From contig CAVVLO010000002.1 in NCBI GenBank assembly GCA_963749155.1, positions 1,056,001-1,120,000 of the forward strand: a stretch of 64,000 nucleotides of DNA, read 5' to 3'. The first letter of the stretch is position 1. Each line of letters starts with the position of its first letter. The notes under the pieces are model-generated. The model worked only from the letters and a program-made list of their open reading frames with translations. It was not told the DNA's origin and did no database searches. Of this stretch, positions 18,329 through 28,880 are shown piece after piece. The stretch is from an uncultured Armatimonadia bacterium. GTDB taxonomy: Bacteria; Armatimonadota; Zipacnadia; CAVVLO01. The translations under genes and the position numbers were made by a program.

Positions 18329-20215
18329 TTGAAGACACTGATGCGTCTGCTTTTGGCGATACTCGTAGTTGGATTGCTGGCTGATGGCTTTCTCCTGGTC
18401 CAGAGAGTCGGGCAGGAGAGGGCCTCGCGCAGTGTTGGGTTGGTGGTTGACTGGGCCGATATACAGGCTCTGGCCACCTCGACTGGGCTTGGCGAAAGCT
18501 CGGTGCTGGCTGCCTGTGCTCAGTCAGGCGTCTGGGGAGTCGCGATTACCGAGCAGACCCTCGGCGACCTACAACAATCAGGCGAACTGACCTTGCTGTC
18601 TACTAGCTGGGCCAATGGCCAGGGCACAATCCTGCGTTTTGAGAGCGCTCGCAAAGCCAAACTCGCGCGCAGGGTGCTCAAGACTCAGCGCGCCAGGCCT
18701 GCTGCCACTACTGACCCTCGCGAAATCCAGATACTGGCTCCCTGGGCAGGTCTGAAATCTCTCGGAATTGGCTTCGATGAGACCACAGTCGCCTTGGTGC
18801 GTCGATCTGGATTGTCCCGAGTGGCGCGGCCTGTAGCTTATCCCGCCGTGAATCCGGAGCGTATCGAAGCACTTATCAGCGAGCTTGCTACCTGGCCTTG
18901 CCAGTTGGTGCTGTTTGCCGGCACTGAGGTGCTGGGCAATCCCGGCCTCCTCGAACTCACCAGGCAGCAGCTACTGGACCATCAGATCAAATTTGGCCTG
19001 GTGGAGTTCTTCAAACAGCAGGGCAGTTCGAAGCTGGGCATGCAGGAACCTGATCTGGCCGTCCGAGTCCACAGTATCAGCGAACAAGAGCTGGCCCCAA
19101 TGACCTCTCAGGAAGCTATTGACCGTTTTCTGCGCGCGGTGACCGAGCGAGGCATCCGGGCCTGTTATGTGCGATTGCTGCCCGGGGCCCAAAACGATCC
19201 TCTGACCGAGGCAATCAGCCCGGTGCAGACGCTAGCCGATAAACTCCGCCAGGCAGGATTTGCTCTCGGTGAGCCAAGTACCCTTGATTATCTCTGGCGT
19301 CCCTTTTGGGCAGTATTGCTCGCTGCAGCGGGTGTAGCGGCGGGCTGCATGCTGCTCTGGCTGCGGCTTGCGCGAGGAGCGCTTGCGCCAACCTTGGTCC
19401 TGACAGGCCTGGTATTTATCGCTGTTATTGGGCTTGCTGCCTTGGGAGGAGCAGGCCTCAAGCTCGTGGGGTTGCTCTCGGCAATCGTCTTCCCCACCCT
19501 GGGCTACCTGCTGTTTGTCCCCTGGCAAGAAGAAACGCCCGAGCCGCGTCCTCTGAGAGCAGCAGTACTTGGGCTTGCTGGTTTTTCGGTTGTCAGTCTT
19601 GTCGGTGGGGTCTTCATCGCAGGATTGCTGGCTGAGCCGGCACTGATGCTGCACCTCGACCAGTTTACCGGGGTAAAGCTTGCCCAACTGCTGCCTCTGG
19701 CGTTAATAACTGCCTTGCTGGTTGGAGGTTTTTCACCTGCTGCCTCTGGGCCAAGAGCCGAGCTGGCGGCTTTGGTTGTCGGGTGGAAGCGCGCCTTGTC
19801 GGAGCCCTCTCGCATCGTTCATCTGCTCGCAGGCTTTGCGCTGCTTGCTCTGGTTGCCGTCTGGATGCTTCGCACTGGCAACGAGGGGATGGGCGTAAGC
19901 GGGACAGAGCTTAAATTGCGCACCTTACTGGAAAACTTATTAGGCGCCAGGCCGCGCACAAAGGAGTTCCTGTTTGCCCATCCGGCGCTGCTCCTGGGCC
20001 TTTATCTCGGAGCCTTGCGTTATTGGAAGCTCGCCGTGCCGCTGACCTTGCTGGGCCTGATTGGGCAAGTGTCCCTGGTCAACACTTTCTGCCATCTGCA
20101 TACGCCCTTCGTCTATTCGGTTTTGCGCAGTTTCAACGGGCTGTGGATTGGCCTGGTGATTGGCCTGATCCTAATCGCACTGGTGCGGCCACTGCTGAGG
20201 CGAACCGATGGCTAA
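18329..20215 (+). CDS. DUF5693-family membrane protein (large extracytoplasmic domain plus about 10 TM helices)
   Basis: VRVHSI..EL, RAVTERGIR..YVR, FTGVKL, RTGN, RPRTKEFL.AHP, NTFCHLHTP; directly upstream of and overlapping csaB. Confidence 0.8.
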   Translation: MKTLMRLLLAILVVGLLADGFLLVQRVGQERASRSVGLVVDWADIQALATSTGLGESSVLAACAQSGVWGVAITEQTLGDLQQSGELTLLSTSWANGQGTILRFESARKAKLARRVLKTQRARPAATTDPREIQILAPWAGLKSLGIGFDETTVALVRRSGLSRVARPVAYPAVNPERIEALISELATWPCQLVLFAGTEVLGNPGLLELTRQQLLDHQIKFGLVEFFKQQGSSKLGMQEPDLAVRVHSISEQELAPMTSQEAIDRFLRAVTERGIRACYVRLLPGAQNDPLTEAISPVQTLADKLRQAGFALGEPSTLDYLWRPFWAVLLAAAGVAAGCMLLWLRLARGALAPTLVLTGLVFIAVIGLAALGGAGLKLVGLLSAIVFPTLGYLLFVPWQEETPEPRPLRAAVLGLAGFSVVSLVGGVFIAGLLAEPALMLHLDQFTGVKLAQLLPLALITALLVGGFSPAASGPRAELAALVVGWKRALSEPSRIVHLLAGFALLALVAVWMLRTGNEGMGVSGTELKLRTLLENLLGARPRTKEFLFAHPALLLGLYLGALRYWKLAVPLTLLGLIGQVSLVNTFCHLHTPFVYSVLRSFNGLWIGLVIGLILIALVRPLLRRTDG

Positions 20216-21293
20216 AGTCCTGCTGGTGGGCTATTTCGGCTACGCCAACACGGGCGATGAAGCGCTGCTCGAGGTGCTGTCAGGCAGGCTGGCGAGTTGG
20301 GGTTATGCGGTAGGCGCGCTTACCGCCAGTCCCCAGGCATCAGAGCGCGATTATGGCGTCACCCCTTTTGGGCACAAACGCTGGTCCGAGTTGATTCGCG
20401 CTTGCCGCTGGGCGGATGCGGTAGTTTTCGGGGGCGGCGGGCTATTGCAGGACGCAAGTGGGCCTGCTTCCATTTGGTATTACCTGGGCGCGCTCAAGCT
20501 GGCCCAGCAGTTGAAGAAGCCTGTCGCGCTTTATGCGCAGGGTATTGGACCACTCAGAGGGCCTTTCTCCGGCAAGGCTATCCGGAGGCTGGCAAGCGGG
20601 GTTGGCCTGCTTTCGGTACGCGATGAAGGCTCTCGCCGTTTGCTTGTTCAGCTTGGGGTGCACGAACAAAAAGTAGAACTGGCGGCCTGTCCGACTTTAT
20701 TGCTCGAGCCCGCAGACGATGCCAGGCTGGACGCCTTGATTGCCGAGGAAGCCCTGCCGACCGACCTGCCCTGGCTTGGGGTGTCCTTGAGAGCAACCCC
20801 CGCGGTCGAAGCGGCTGCCGGCGAACTGGCCGAGGGACTGAGACGAGTAGCAGAACAAGGCCTCACCAGGCCATTGCTTATACCCTTCCAGCCAAGCCAG
20901 GATGAGGCGCTTTCCTGGAAAGTGCGGGGAGAGCTTGGTTCACTCGGCGCTCTGGTAAAGGGCTCCTGGCGTCCGTCTGAGCTGCTTGGCCTGATTGGCC
21001 GGTGCAAGGCAGTGCTGGCGACCAGGCTTCACGCTTTACTTTTCGCAGCCAATCGCGAGGTGCCGGCGCTCGCAATTGATTATGATCCAAAAGTCAGGGC
21101 GGCTGCCCAGGCGCTAGGCGTCCCCGTTCTAAAGCCCGCTGAAGTCGAAGGTTTTGAGCTGCGTGACCGACTGCGCGCCCTACTCGCCGAGGGCGTCACC
21201 ACCGAACTTTGCAGTGGCTGTACTCGTCTAAGAAGTACGGCTGAGGCCGGTCTCGAGCGCCTGAGAGAGTTTTTGGCCGACTCGAACAAGTGA
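20208..21293 (+). CDS. csaB: Polysaccharide pyruvyl transferase CsaB
   Basis: GYFGYANTGDEA, GGGGLLQD, AQGIGP, VRDEGS, RLHA, YDPKV. Confidence 0.9.
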   Translation: MAKVLLVGYFGYANTGDEALLEVLSGRLASWGYAVGALTASPQASERDYGVTPFGHKRWSELIRACRWADAVVFGGGGLLQDASGPASIWYYLGALKLAQQLKKPVALYAQGIGPLRGPFSGKAIRRLASGVGLLSVRDEGSRRLLVQLGVHEQKVELAACPTLLLEPADDARLDALIAEEALPTDLPWLGVSLRATPAVEAAAGELAEGLRRVAEQGLTRPLLIPFQPSQDEALSWKVRGELGSLGALVKGSWRPSELLGLIGRCKAVLATRLHALLFAANREVPALAIDYDPKVRAAAQALGVPVLKPAEVEGFELRDRLRALLAEGVTTELCSGCTRLRSTAEAGLERLREFLADSNK

Positions 21294-24200
21294 AGGAGGC
21301 AGAGCTGCTTCACTCGATACTAGTGCGGTTCCGCGCCCGACATCTGGGGACGCTAGCTTTGCTAGTGGGCCTGACAATTGGTATTGGGCTGCCAGTTCTG
21401 GCCCAGAACACTGTAGACGAGACAACTCTCGCGCCTGCCCCAGTCAAAGCTCCCCCCGACCTTTTTCATAACCAGATGCCCGGTTATGATTTGCCGGTTG
21501 TGGAGGAAGATCCCTCCGCTCCTGCCCGCCGCGCCGAAGCCAAAAAGACCGGTGCCAAACGAAGTGGGAGCCGAATCGGCTCTCTGCTCGGATTCGGAAA
21601 CTCACCTGATGACCTCGACATATCGGGCTCCCAGAGCCTGACCTTCCGCAGTATCAGTGTCTCTGGCTCAGGCGCCAGCAACTATTACAATCAGTTCTGG
21701 AACAGCGAATCCTTCGAAACGCGCACTGATCTCTTCATGCGGGGGCGCATCTGGAAGGAATTCAATATCAACGCCACTCTGGCCTCGGGCACTTTCAGCA
21801 CCAACCGCAACCGCTACAGTCTAAGCTACAACGGGCATGACACCGATGTAACTTATGGCTACATCAACGCCGAACTGGGCGGTAACCGGTACCTCTCCCT
21901 CAACAAGAGCCTCAAGGGCTACAAGCTCGAGTCACAGCTCTTCGACAAATACGGCTTTTCAGCTTTCACTACCGAAGCGACAGGCACGGTGAAGAACGAA
22001 GTCTTCTCGGGCAATGGCACCTCGGGACCGTATTTCTTGCGTTACACGCCCATCCGGGAGGGCTCGGAGGAGCTGCGGCTGGATGAGAGAGAGCTGGTTT
22101 TTGGGCAGGATTACAAGCTCAACTACATCACCGGCCAGCTTGACTTCAAACAAGGGTTGATAATCCCGCCCAGCTCTCAGGTGGCGGTCAGTTATGAGCA
22201 GGCTCAGAGTGGCGGAGAGGGCGGCAACCTGACTGGTTATCAGCTCGCGCTGCCGTTATCAGACAAGCTGTCGGTAAATGTCATGCGCGCCGAGCAGGAC
22301 TCTGGCTCAACCGGTATCCCAACTGCCCAGATAACCGCTGCCGAAGATAACTACTACGGCAACAACTCGACTGGCCCCTTCGTACTGGTCTACAAGCCTA
22401 TCCTGCGCTCGGTTACTCCGATAATCTATCGCCTGTTCGGCGGTGAATTGCAGAACGCTGGCACCGACAGGCCTTATGTCACGGTAAGCCCCTGGATGGT
22501 TGGTCCTTACCTGGATGGCGAGAATCTCTATTTTGCAGGACTGAGCCAGAAACCTATCCAGGTACTGGTAGGGGGCATTGTCCAGGACGAAGGCCTTGAT
22601 TATGTGGTCAGTTATGACACCAGCACAGTGACTTTCCTAAAAGCTATCTCCCCGCTGTTGCCTGTCGAAATCGACTATTATGCGCTGCAGGCCAATGGGT
22701 CACTCTTGATAGATGGCCAGGTCGTGCAAGCAGTCACGGTCTATGTGGATGGCCAGCTCCAGACCGAAGGCATCGACTTCATACTGACCTATGACACTGG
22801 CGTCATCCAGTTCACTCACAATGTAGCGTTGAACGCGCGGGTGCTGGTCGAATATTACTATTACCAGCAACCTGAAAGCTTCAGTGGGATGAGGCGCGTT
22901 GACGGACTGACCGCCAGGTACCGAGTGGCTGATGGCGTGGAACTTGGCCTGCAGTATGCGCGCAGTGGCAGTCGCTATGACTATTCGACCGGAGAGGTGC
23001 CCGCTGGCCAGGCAAAGCTGCTTAACCGGCTCCTATAATACCAACCGGATGTCTCTCTCGGCTGAGTGGGAAGACGTTGACAAGACCTTCTCGCGCCTCT
23101 CTTCAGTCGGTTTCCTGCGTAATGAGCAGGGGATGAAGTACAATTTCGACTACCGGGTCGCAGATGGATTCTCGGTCTTCCGTAATTACTCACACAAGCG
23201 GTCCAGCCAGCCCCTCTACTTCGGCCTGGATACTGATTATTCGAGTAGCTCCTATTATTCGAGCAGCTTGTATTCGTCAGTCGGCAAGGCAGATGACGAG
23301 GACACCTCGACCACCATCGACCAGGATGCCTTTGGGCTGCTGTATACCAGGCAAGGCTGGCCTAATGTGCGGCTTACTCGCAACATCCTGGGCAATGATT
23401 CCGGTAGTTCTGGCAGCAGTACCCAGACAGCCGACACCCTGGACATCTCTCACACTTTTGGGCGACTAGGCGCTTCGCTATCGTTCAGGCAGTCCGAACA
23501 GGAAGGCCAGCGGATTGCCACCACAACCAGCGAGTTACTGCCCTCCCAGCGCATCAGTCAGTCGGATTCGATGAGTGTCAATCTCAACTACAACCCCTCT
23601 CAAACGCTCAGTCTGGCAGGCAGCTATACCAAACTGGGGACGGACACTTTCCTCACCGAAAAAAGTTCCAGTGATTCGGATAACACCACTTTCTCGCTGA
23701 TGTATTACCCCACTTCGAAACTCAGCATCCGGCTGAGCGACCAGCGTTCCAACACCTCGGGAGCGGTTGGGTATTCGTATCTTGGGGGTTATTATGCCAC
23801 CTCGCCTTACAGCATCAGCCTGCTTAATCCAACCCAGCAGCAGGCGCTGGCTTATGGGGTAGTGGCGCCGCTGGTGATAAATGGCTCCAGCTTGTTTGGC
23901 AAGGATGACTACGTCGTCGAGGAAGGTCGCACCAAACAACGCCGGCGCAGCGCCGATGTACAATATGCGCTTAGCAACAAGCTGAATGTTGGCCTTACCT
24001 GGAGCGACAGGTACTACACGAGCGAAGGCTCCCTCGGCTACCAGAGCGACAACGAGTCCGATAGTCTGGGGTTTATGGCAAGCTGGCAACCGGCGAAACA
24101 TACCTCCTTGTTCCTCAACTACAGCAAAGATAAGGTCCTCTACCTGGGCAGTTCGACCTATTTGGTGCCAACGAGCAGCGAGATCCTGGCCCTTGGTTTC

Positions 24201-24569
24201 TCGACTCGCCCAAAACCTGCCCTAAGCTTGAGCGGCGTGCTTCAGCTGATCACCAGCAACAGCCCTGGCTACACCACGGGCAGCTCTCTTTCGACCGATA
24301 TGACCAGTCTGTATCTCGATGCCGAATACGATCTGGACGAGGAGAGTTCACTTTCAGGACGCCTGGAGTTCTCTGACAGTGGCGCCTCGACTGGCGACTA
24401 TGGCAACTATCAGAAATGGGTATATTCACTTAGCTACAACCGAGCTTTGACAGATATCCTCAGGTTAAGCGTCGGGACAGAGTACATCGATTACCTCGAC
24501 CGCGCGGACACTCGAGGCAACTACAACACGCTGCTGTTCTTCGGGCAGGTCGGCCTGAGATTCGACTAA
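21290..24569 (+). CDS. Large secreted/outer-membrane beta-barrel protein, SprA-like (about 1090 aa; +1 frameshift near 23023)
   Basis: Signal peptide ending LPVLAQ; three (L/V)DG/E..(L/Q)..G.D(Y/F).(L/V).Y.T(G/S)...F repeats; the downstream frame is alternating beta-strands ending FFGQVGLRFD. Removing one A at CTTAACCGGC joins the two ORFs. Confidence 0.6.
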
Positions 24570-24592
24570 TTGCCCGGAGGAGGTAACCTTTT

Positions 24593-27541
24593 ATGCTTGC
24601 TTCAGCTCTGCGAAAGACTTCTCGCCCCCTGGCGCTAGCGCTAGTGGCTGGCCTTTTGATTTCCCTTGTGGGAACGGCTGGCGCGGCCCGGTTCGGCAAT
24701 CTGGTCAACCGACCTTTTGAAACCCAGGCAAGTGGCCCCGTGGGAGCGGTGCTGGCGGCGCCAACCAGAGCAGGTGAAGCCGAAGCCTTGAATCAGGTCG
24801 CAGCCGACCTGTACCAATTGCAAAACAGCAGTGCTGTGCATGAATTGATAGCCCGAGGTGTCCTCCGGGAAGAACCCTTCCTCGAACGCTATATCTACAA
24901 CCTGGAAGCTGACCAACTGGTGCTGCCCGAGTGGACGCGTTCTACCCGGGTCGGCAGTGGCGATATAGCTTTCACCTACTCAGGCTGGACTGCAGGCGAG
25001 CAAACTGAACTTGAGACCTATATGGCGACCGCTTACACGCTGATGGTCGCCTATTATGGAGATCCCGCCTTCGATATCACGGTAAATGTTGTGAAAGATC
25101 CGGCGCTGCAGGATGTGCGAGGGGGCACTTATAATCCCAGCACCAACGAGATCAGGATTGGCTATTTCCCCGATATGGAGATGGCCAAGTATTACCTGAC
25201 GATAATGGCGCTACATGCCTTCCATGATGATGTGATGTTCAGCTACGAAGCCTGGGAAACAGGCTTTGCAAGGGCAGTTGCCGCTGCTGTTGCTACCCAG
25301 GCTATGCCGACTTTCGACATCACGCGAGACACCTATTATGTAGTCCAGCTATATGATTGCCTCAACCAGCAGGATTTGGCCAGTCCAACTTTTTGGTCCG
25401 GCGCCACCAGTATGCCTCTGTGGCGGTTGATAGCCAGCCAGGCCAACTGGCTGAAAGTCTACGTGGAGAACCCCCTATTTTTCCGGGGTTTCAACGAGGC
25501 ATACTATGCCCAGCTCAGCGCGGCAGGCAATTATCTGCTCGCTGGCAATGTCCCGGCGCTCAAACAGATCGCCGCCGGACTGGCTCCTACGGTCGAAGGC
25601 GTGCCCTTCTACGCCTGGTATGAGCAGCAGTATGCGATGGACACAAGCATCCACCTCGGGCTCAAACTGTATGTGTATAACGTGCCCTTCGCCGATAACG
25701 TTTTTCTTATCTACAACTACCACGAGACAGGCGCCGATGGCACGGATACCCCAAGAGCCGGCCGAGTGGCCCTGGATTATTGGGACTATACCTTCACCAA
25801 CTCGCTTTTCGCCAACGAAGGCTATTACGTAGATATCTCGGCAAGTGGAGCGGACGCGGGGGTAGGCTTCATCAGCCCCAGTTTCTTCAATATCGGCGGG
25901 TCGCAGCGTATCACAGTCGAAGCCCGGCTGAGTGGACTGGTGCGAGAGACCATCTTCCCTTATGGCGTGCGCGGCAGCGATGCCAATGTGAAGGAACTCT
26001 TCGGCGCCATCATCGGAGCCAACAGCGCCGCGCTCACAATCAGTTATGGCGGCACTGACTACCCCCTTACAGTCACCCGAGGAGTCTTCTCCCTCGATTT
26101 GACCCAGGCCCTGAGGCCAGGCAAGGCCAGCGTGCGGTTTGAGCCGACTGGCGAGAACCTGCTTTTTATGCGCAATGTGGGATATCAGTTCTACACGGTG
26201 CTCTTCAGAGCCAGTGGCTACACTGATTTCGATATCAACCTGCCAATTGACGGGATGCAGTTGATATCGCTGCCCTGTTATCCGCAGGAAGAAGATGCCG
26301 CGGTCGCGCTCGGTATCCCCGCCAGCGAATTGCTGCTTGCCGAATGGGATCCTGAAGCGCCCAGCTCCTCCAAATACAAGCTCTATCCGAAGACCGGCCC
26401 GCTTGAACCAGGCAAGGGTTATTGGTTGAAGCGTGATGGCACCCTGACAACAACGGTTAGGGGACTGCCTGTCGAAAGCACCAGCAAGGCCGGTTATTTC
26501 GAAGTTCAACTGAAGCCAGGCTGGAATATCGTCGGCACTCCCAGTGAATCAAGCGTCGCCAAGACCGACCTTAAGTTCGTCACCAGCGAGGCGACCGAGC
26601 TGTCCTTTGCCGAAGCAAGCCAGGCTGGCCTGGTGCGTTCGGTACTATGGGGCTATAGCACAAGCGGCTATGTCCAGGTGGCAAGTCTTTTGCCTTATTA
26701 TGGCTACTGGCTAAAAGTAACCGCCTCAACCCCGATAACCTTGCTCATCCCGATTAGCCGGTCTGTGCTGGAATCTGGTCGCGCGAGCGCAAGCGAGCCT
26801 GTTGGAGCCGGATGGGATTTTTCTGTGGTCGCTAGTACCAGCGCTGGCAAGCGCGCAAGTTGCATGCTGGGGGCGCGTGAGGGCGCAACCCAGAGTTTTG
26901 ATGCGCGGTACGAGGCCGAAGCGCCTCCAGGCTTTGCCGACCTGCCTTCACTGGGCGCGCTAGAATCCGCCTGGGGCTCTGATAGTGGCTTGTTCGCAAT
27001 TGATTACCAGACTCCTAACCAGACAACTTTCACCTGGCAGCTCGAGCTGACCCCGCCCGCCACAGGAGATGAAGTGACCCTTACCTGGGGCGATCTCTCC
27101 AGCCTGCCGCGCGATTACACGGCAACCCTGGTGGATGAGGCGACCGGCAAGCGAGTGGCAATGAGAAGCCTGGCGAGTTACACACCCACTACGCGTTCGA
27201 CCACGCAGAGCTTCAGTATCGAGGTGGCGCGCTATCAGGGATCGGCTCTGATGGCTACAGGATTGATGGTAGTGCCGCTGAGGGGAGCGGTCGAGATAGA
27301 TTTCGCCCCCACCAGAGAATGTCTGGCCAGCCTGGTCATCCGCAACCTGGCCGGAACGATTCTTGATGAAGTGGCCACCAGAGAGACTGTGGCGCGTGGC
27401 CAGGCAAGCTTTGGCTGGAACAAGACTGATGGCGCCGGCCGGCCTGTACCGACCGGCACTTATATTTGTGAACTCAAGCTCGAGGATGTCGATGGTCAGA
27501 AATATACGACCGCTCGAACCTTCTCGATCCTGGCTGACTGA
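24593..27541 (+). CDS. Large secreted protein with a degenerate zincin-like N-domain and a C-terminal FlgD-Ig/T9SS-CTD-like domain
   Basis: GGAGGAGG RBS; signal peptide; LEPGKGYW and LKPGWNIVGTP motifs; C-terminal LVIRNLAG..L..V....WNKTDGAGRPVPTGTYI. Confidence 0.7.
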   Translation: MLASALRKTSRPLALALVAGLLISLVGTAGAARFGNLVNRPFETQASGPVGAVLAAPTRAGEAEALNQVAADLYQLQNSSAVHELIARGVLREEPFLERYIYNLEADQLVLPEWTRSTRVGSGDIAFTYSGWTAGEQTELETYMATAYTLMVAYYGDPAFDITVNVVKDPALQDVRGGTYNPSTNEIRIGYFPDMEMAKYYLTIMALHAFHDDVMFSYEAWETGFARAVAAAVATQAMPTFDITRDTYYVVQLYDCLNQQDLASPTFWSGATSMPLWRLIASQANWLKVYVENPLFFRGFNEAYYAQLSAAGNYLLAGNVPALKQIAAGLAPTVEGVPFYAWYEQQYAMDTSIHLGLKLYVYNVPFADNVFLIYNYHETGADGTDTPRAGRVALDYWDYTFTNSLFANEGYYVDISASGADAGVGFISPSFFNIGGSQRITVEARLSGLVRETIFPYGVRGSDANVKELFGAIIGANSAALTISYGGTDYPLTVTRGVFSLDLTQALRPGKASVRFEPTGENLLFMRNVGYQFYTVLFRASGYTDFDINLPIDGMQLISLPCYPQEEDAAVALGIPASELLLAEWDPEAPSSSKYKLYPKTGPLEPGKGYWLKRDGTLTTTVRGLPVESTSKAGYFEVQLKPGWNIVGTPSESSVAKTDLKFVTSEATELSFAEASQAGLVRSVLWGYSTSGYVQVASLLPYYGYWLKVTASTPITLLIPISRSVLESGRASASEPVGAGWDFSVVASTSAGKRASCMLGAREGATQSFDARYEAEAPPGFADLPSLGALESAWGSDSGLFAIDYQTPNQTTFTWQLELTPPATGDEVTLTWGDLSSLPRDYTATLVDEATGKRVAMRSLASYTPTTRSTTQSFSIEVARYQGSALMATGLMVVPLRGAVEIDFAPTRECLASLVIRNLAGTILDEVATRETVARGQASFGWNKTDGAGRPVPTGTYICELKLEDVDGQKYTTARTFSILAD

Positions 27542-27551
27542 GGGGATTTTC

Positions 27552-28716
27552 TTGAAGAGCAGGTTTCTAGCACTAGCTGGATTACTCGCGCTCTCCGTGC
27601 TGCTCCTGGCCTCGTGCGGGGGCGGAGGGGGCGGAGGCAGTAGCACGGTTAGCCTGTCAGGGCTTGTTACAGATGCCCTCCTGGCAACCGCTATCGAAGG
27701 CGCCTCAATTGTCGTCGGGGGAGTCGCCGGCGCCCCAACTGACGCCACTGGAGCCTACTCTGTGGTGGACATAACTCTGGGCAGCAGTCGCACCCTTTAT
27801 CTCAGCGTAGCGAAAGCAGGCTACCGCTCCTACGATCTGGCTGTCACTTTTCCCTCAGGCACTAGTTCGTTAGTGCAGGATGTAAACCTTATCCCCGTCA
27901 GCTCCGGAGTCACCGCCGGCGAGGTCTCGGGCACCGTTACAGTGGCTGGGGCAGGGACTCCTGTCAGCCAGGCAAGTGTTGCCATCGAGGTGCTGGGGCT
28001 GGGCGGCGATGTGGTGGATGTCCTGTATGCGCATACGGCCTCGGATGGTAGTTTCTTCATCTCTGGAGTGCCCACCGGCAACGCGCGCGCCCGGGTCATT
28101 GCGACTGGCTATCTGGAAGAGACCGAACTCTTCACCGTACTTGGCGGACGATGCCACCCCGCCACTTGCTCTGCAATTAACCCCTGGCACTACGACAGTT
28201 GCTGTCGACGGGCTGGTGAGAAATTCCGAGACTTTATTGCCTGTCTCTGGTGCATCAATAAGCCTGGGCGGGCAAGGTGCGACCTCCCAGGGCGATGGAA
28301 GTTTCACCGTCCCTGGTGTCCAGGTTGGCGACCAAACACTTACAGTTACCGCGACAGGTTATGATCCTTATCTGGCCCTCGTGCGCGTCACGACTGATAT
28401 GGAACCTCTCATCGCAGGCCTTATAAGTGCAGGTGAGGAACCTCCTGGCGGCCCGTATTCCATATTGGGCAACGCCTTGCTTTCTGGCCAGACAAATCAT
28501 TCGGGGATTGAGGTGACCCTACTAAGCGTCCCAGGTGGAGTCGAACTCGATTCGATGATAACCGGCACAAATGGCTTCTTTGGCTTCTGGCAACCGGCTG
28601 GGACATATCTGATCCGGGCAGAAAAAACAGGCTATATTTCAGAAGAAGAACAGGTTATCGTTCTTCCGACAGGAGATCCTGTAACTGGCGTCGAACTAGT
28701 GCTCGAGCCCACCTGA
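27552..28716 (+). CDS. Lipoprotein with tandem carboxypeptidase-regulatory-like (prealbumin-fold) domains (+1 frameshift near 28143)
   Basis: Lipobox LLASC followed by poly-Gly; repeated G.V......P..GA.(I/V)....T...G.(F/Y)......GY units in both frames. Confidence 0.75.
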
Positions 28717-28880
28717 CCAGGACGGCGCGAGGGCAGGTTGTTGTTTGCTTGATGGTTGCAGTGGGTAATACGCTGTGGTATTCTCTGAAATTGGAGGGCA
28801 GTCCTGAAGAACAGGGGCGTCAGGCTAGTCTGTCGCTTAAGCCCTGGCCTTCACACCGCCCACAAGTGGGAGGTAAGTAT

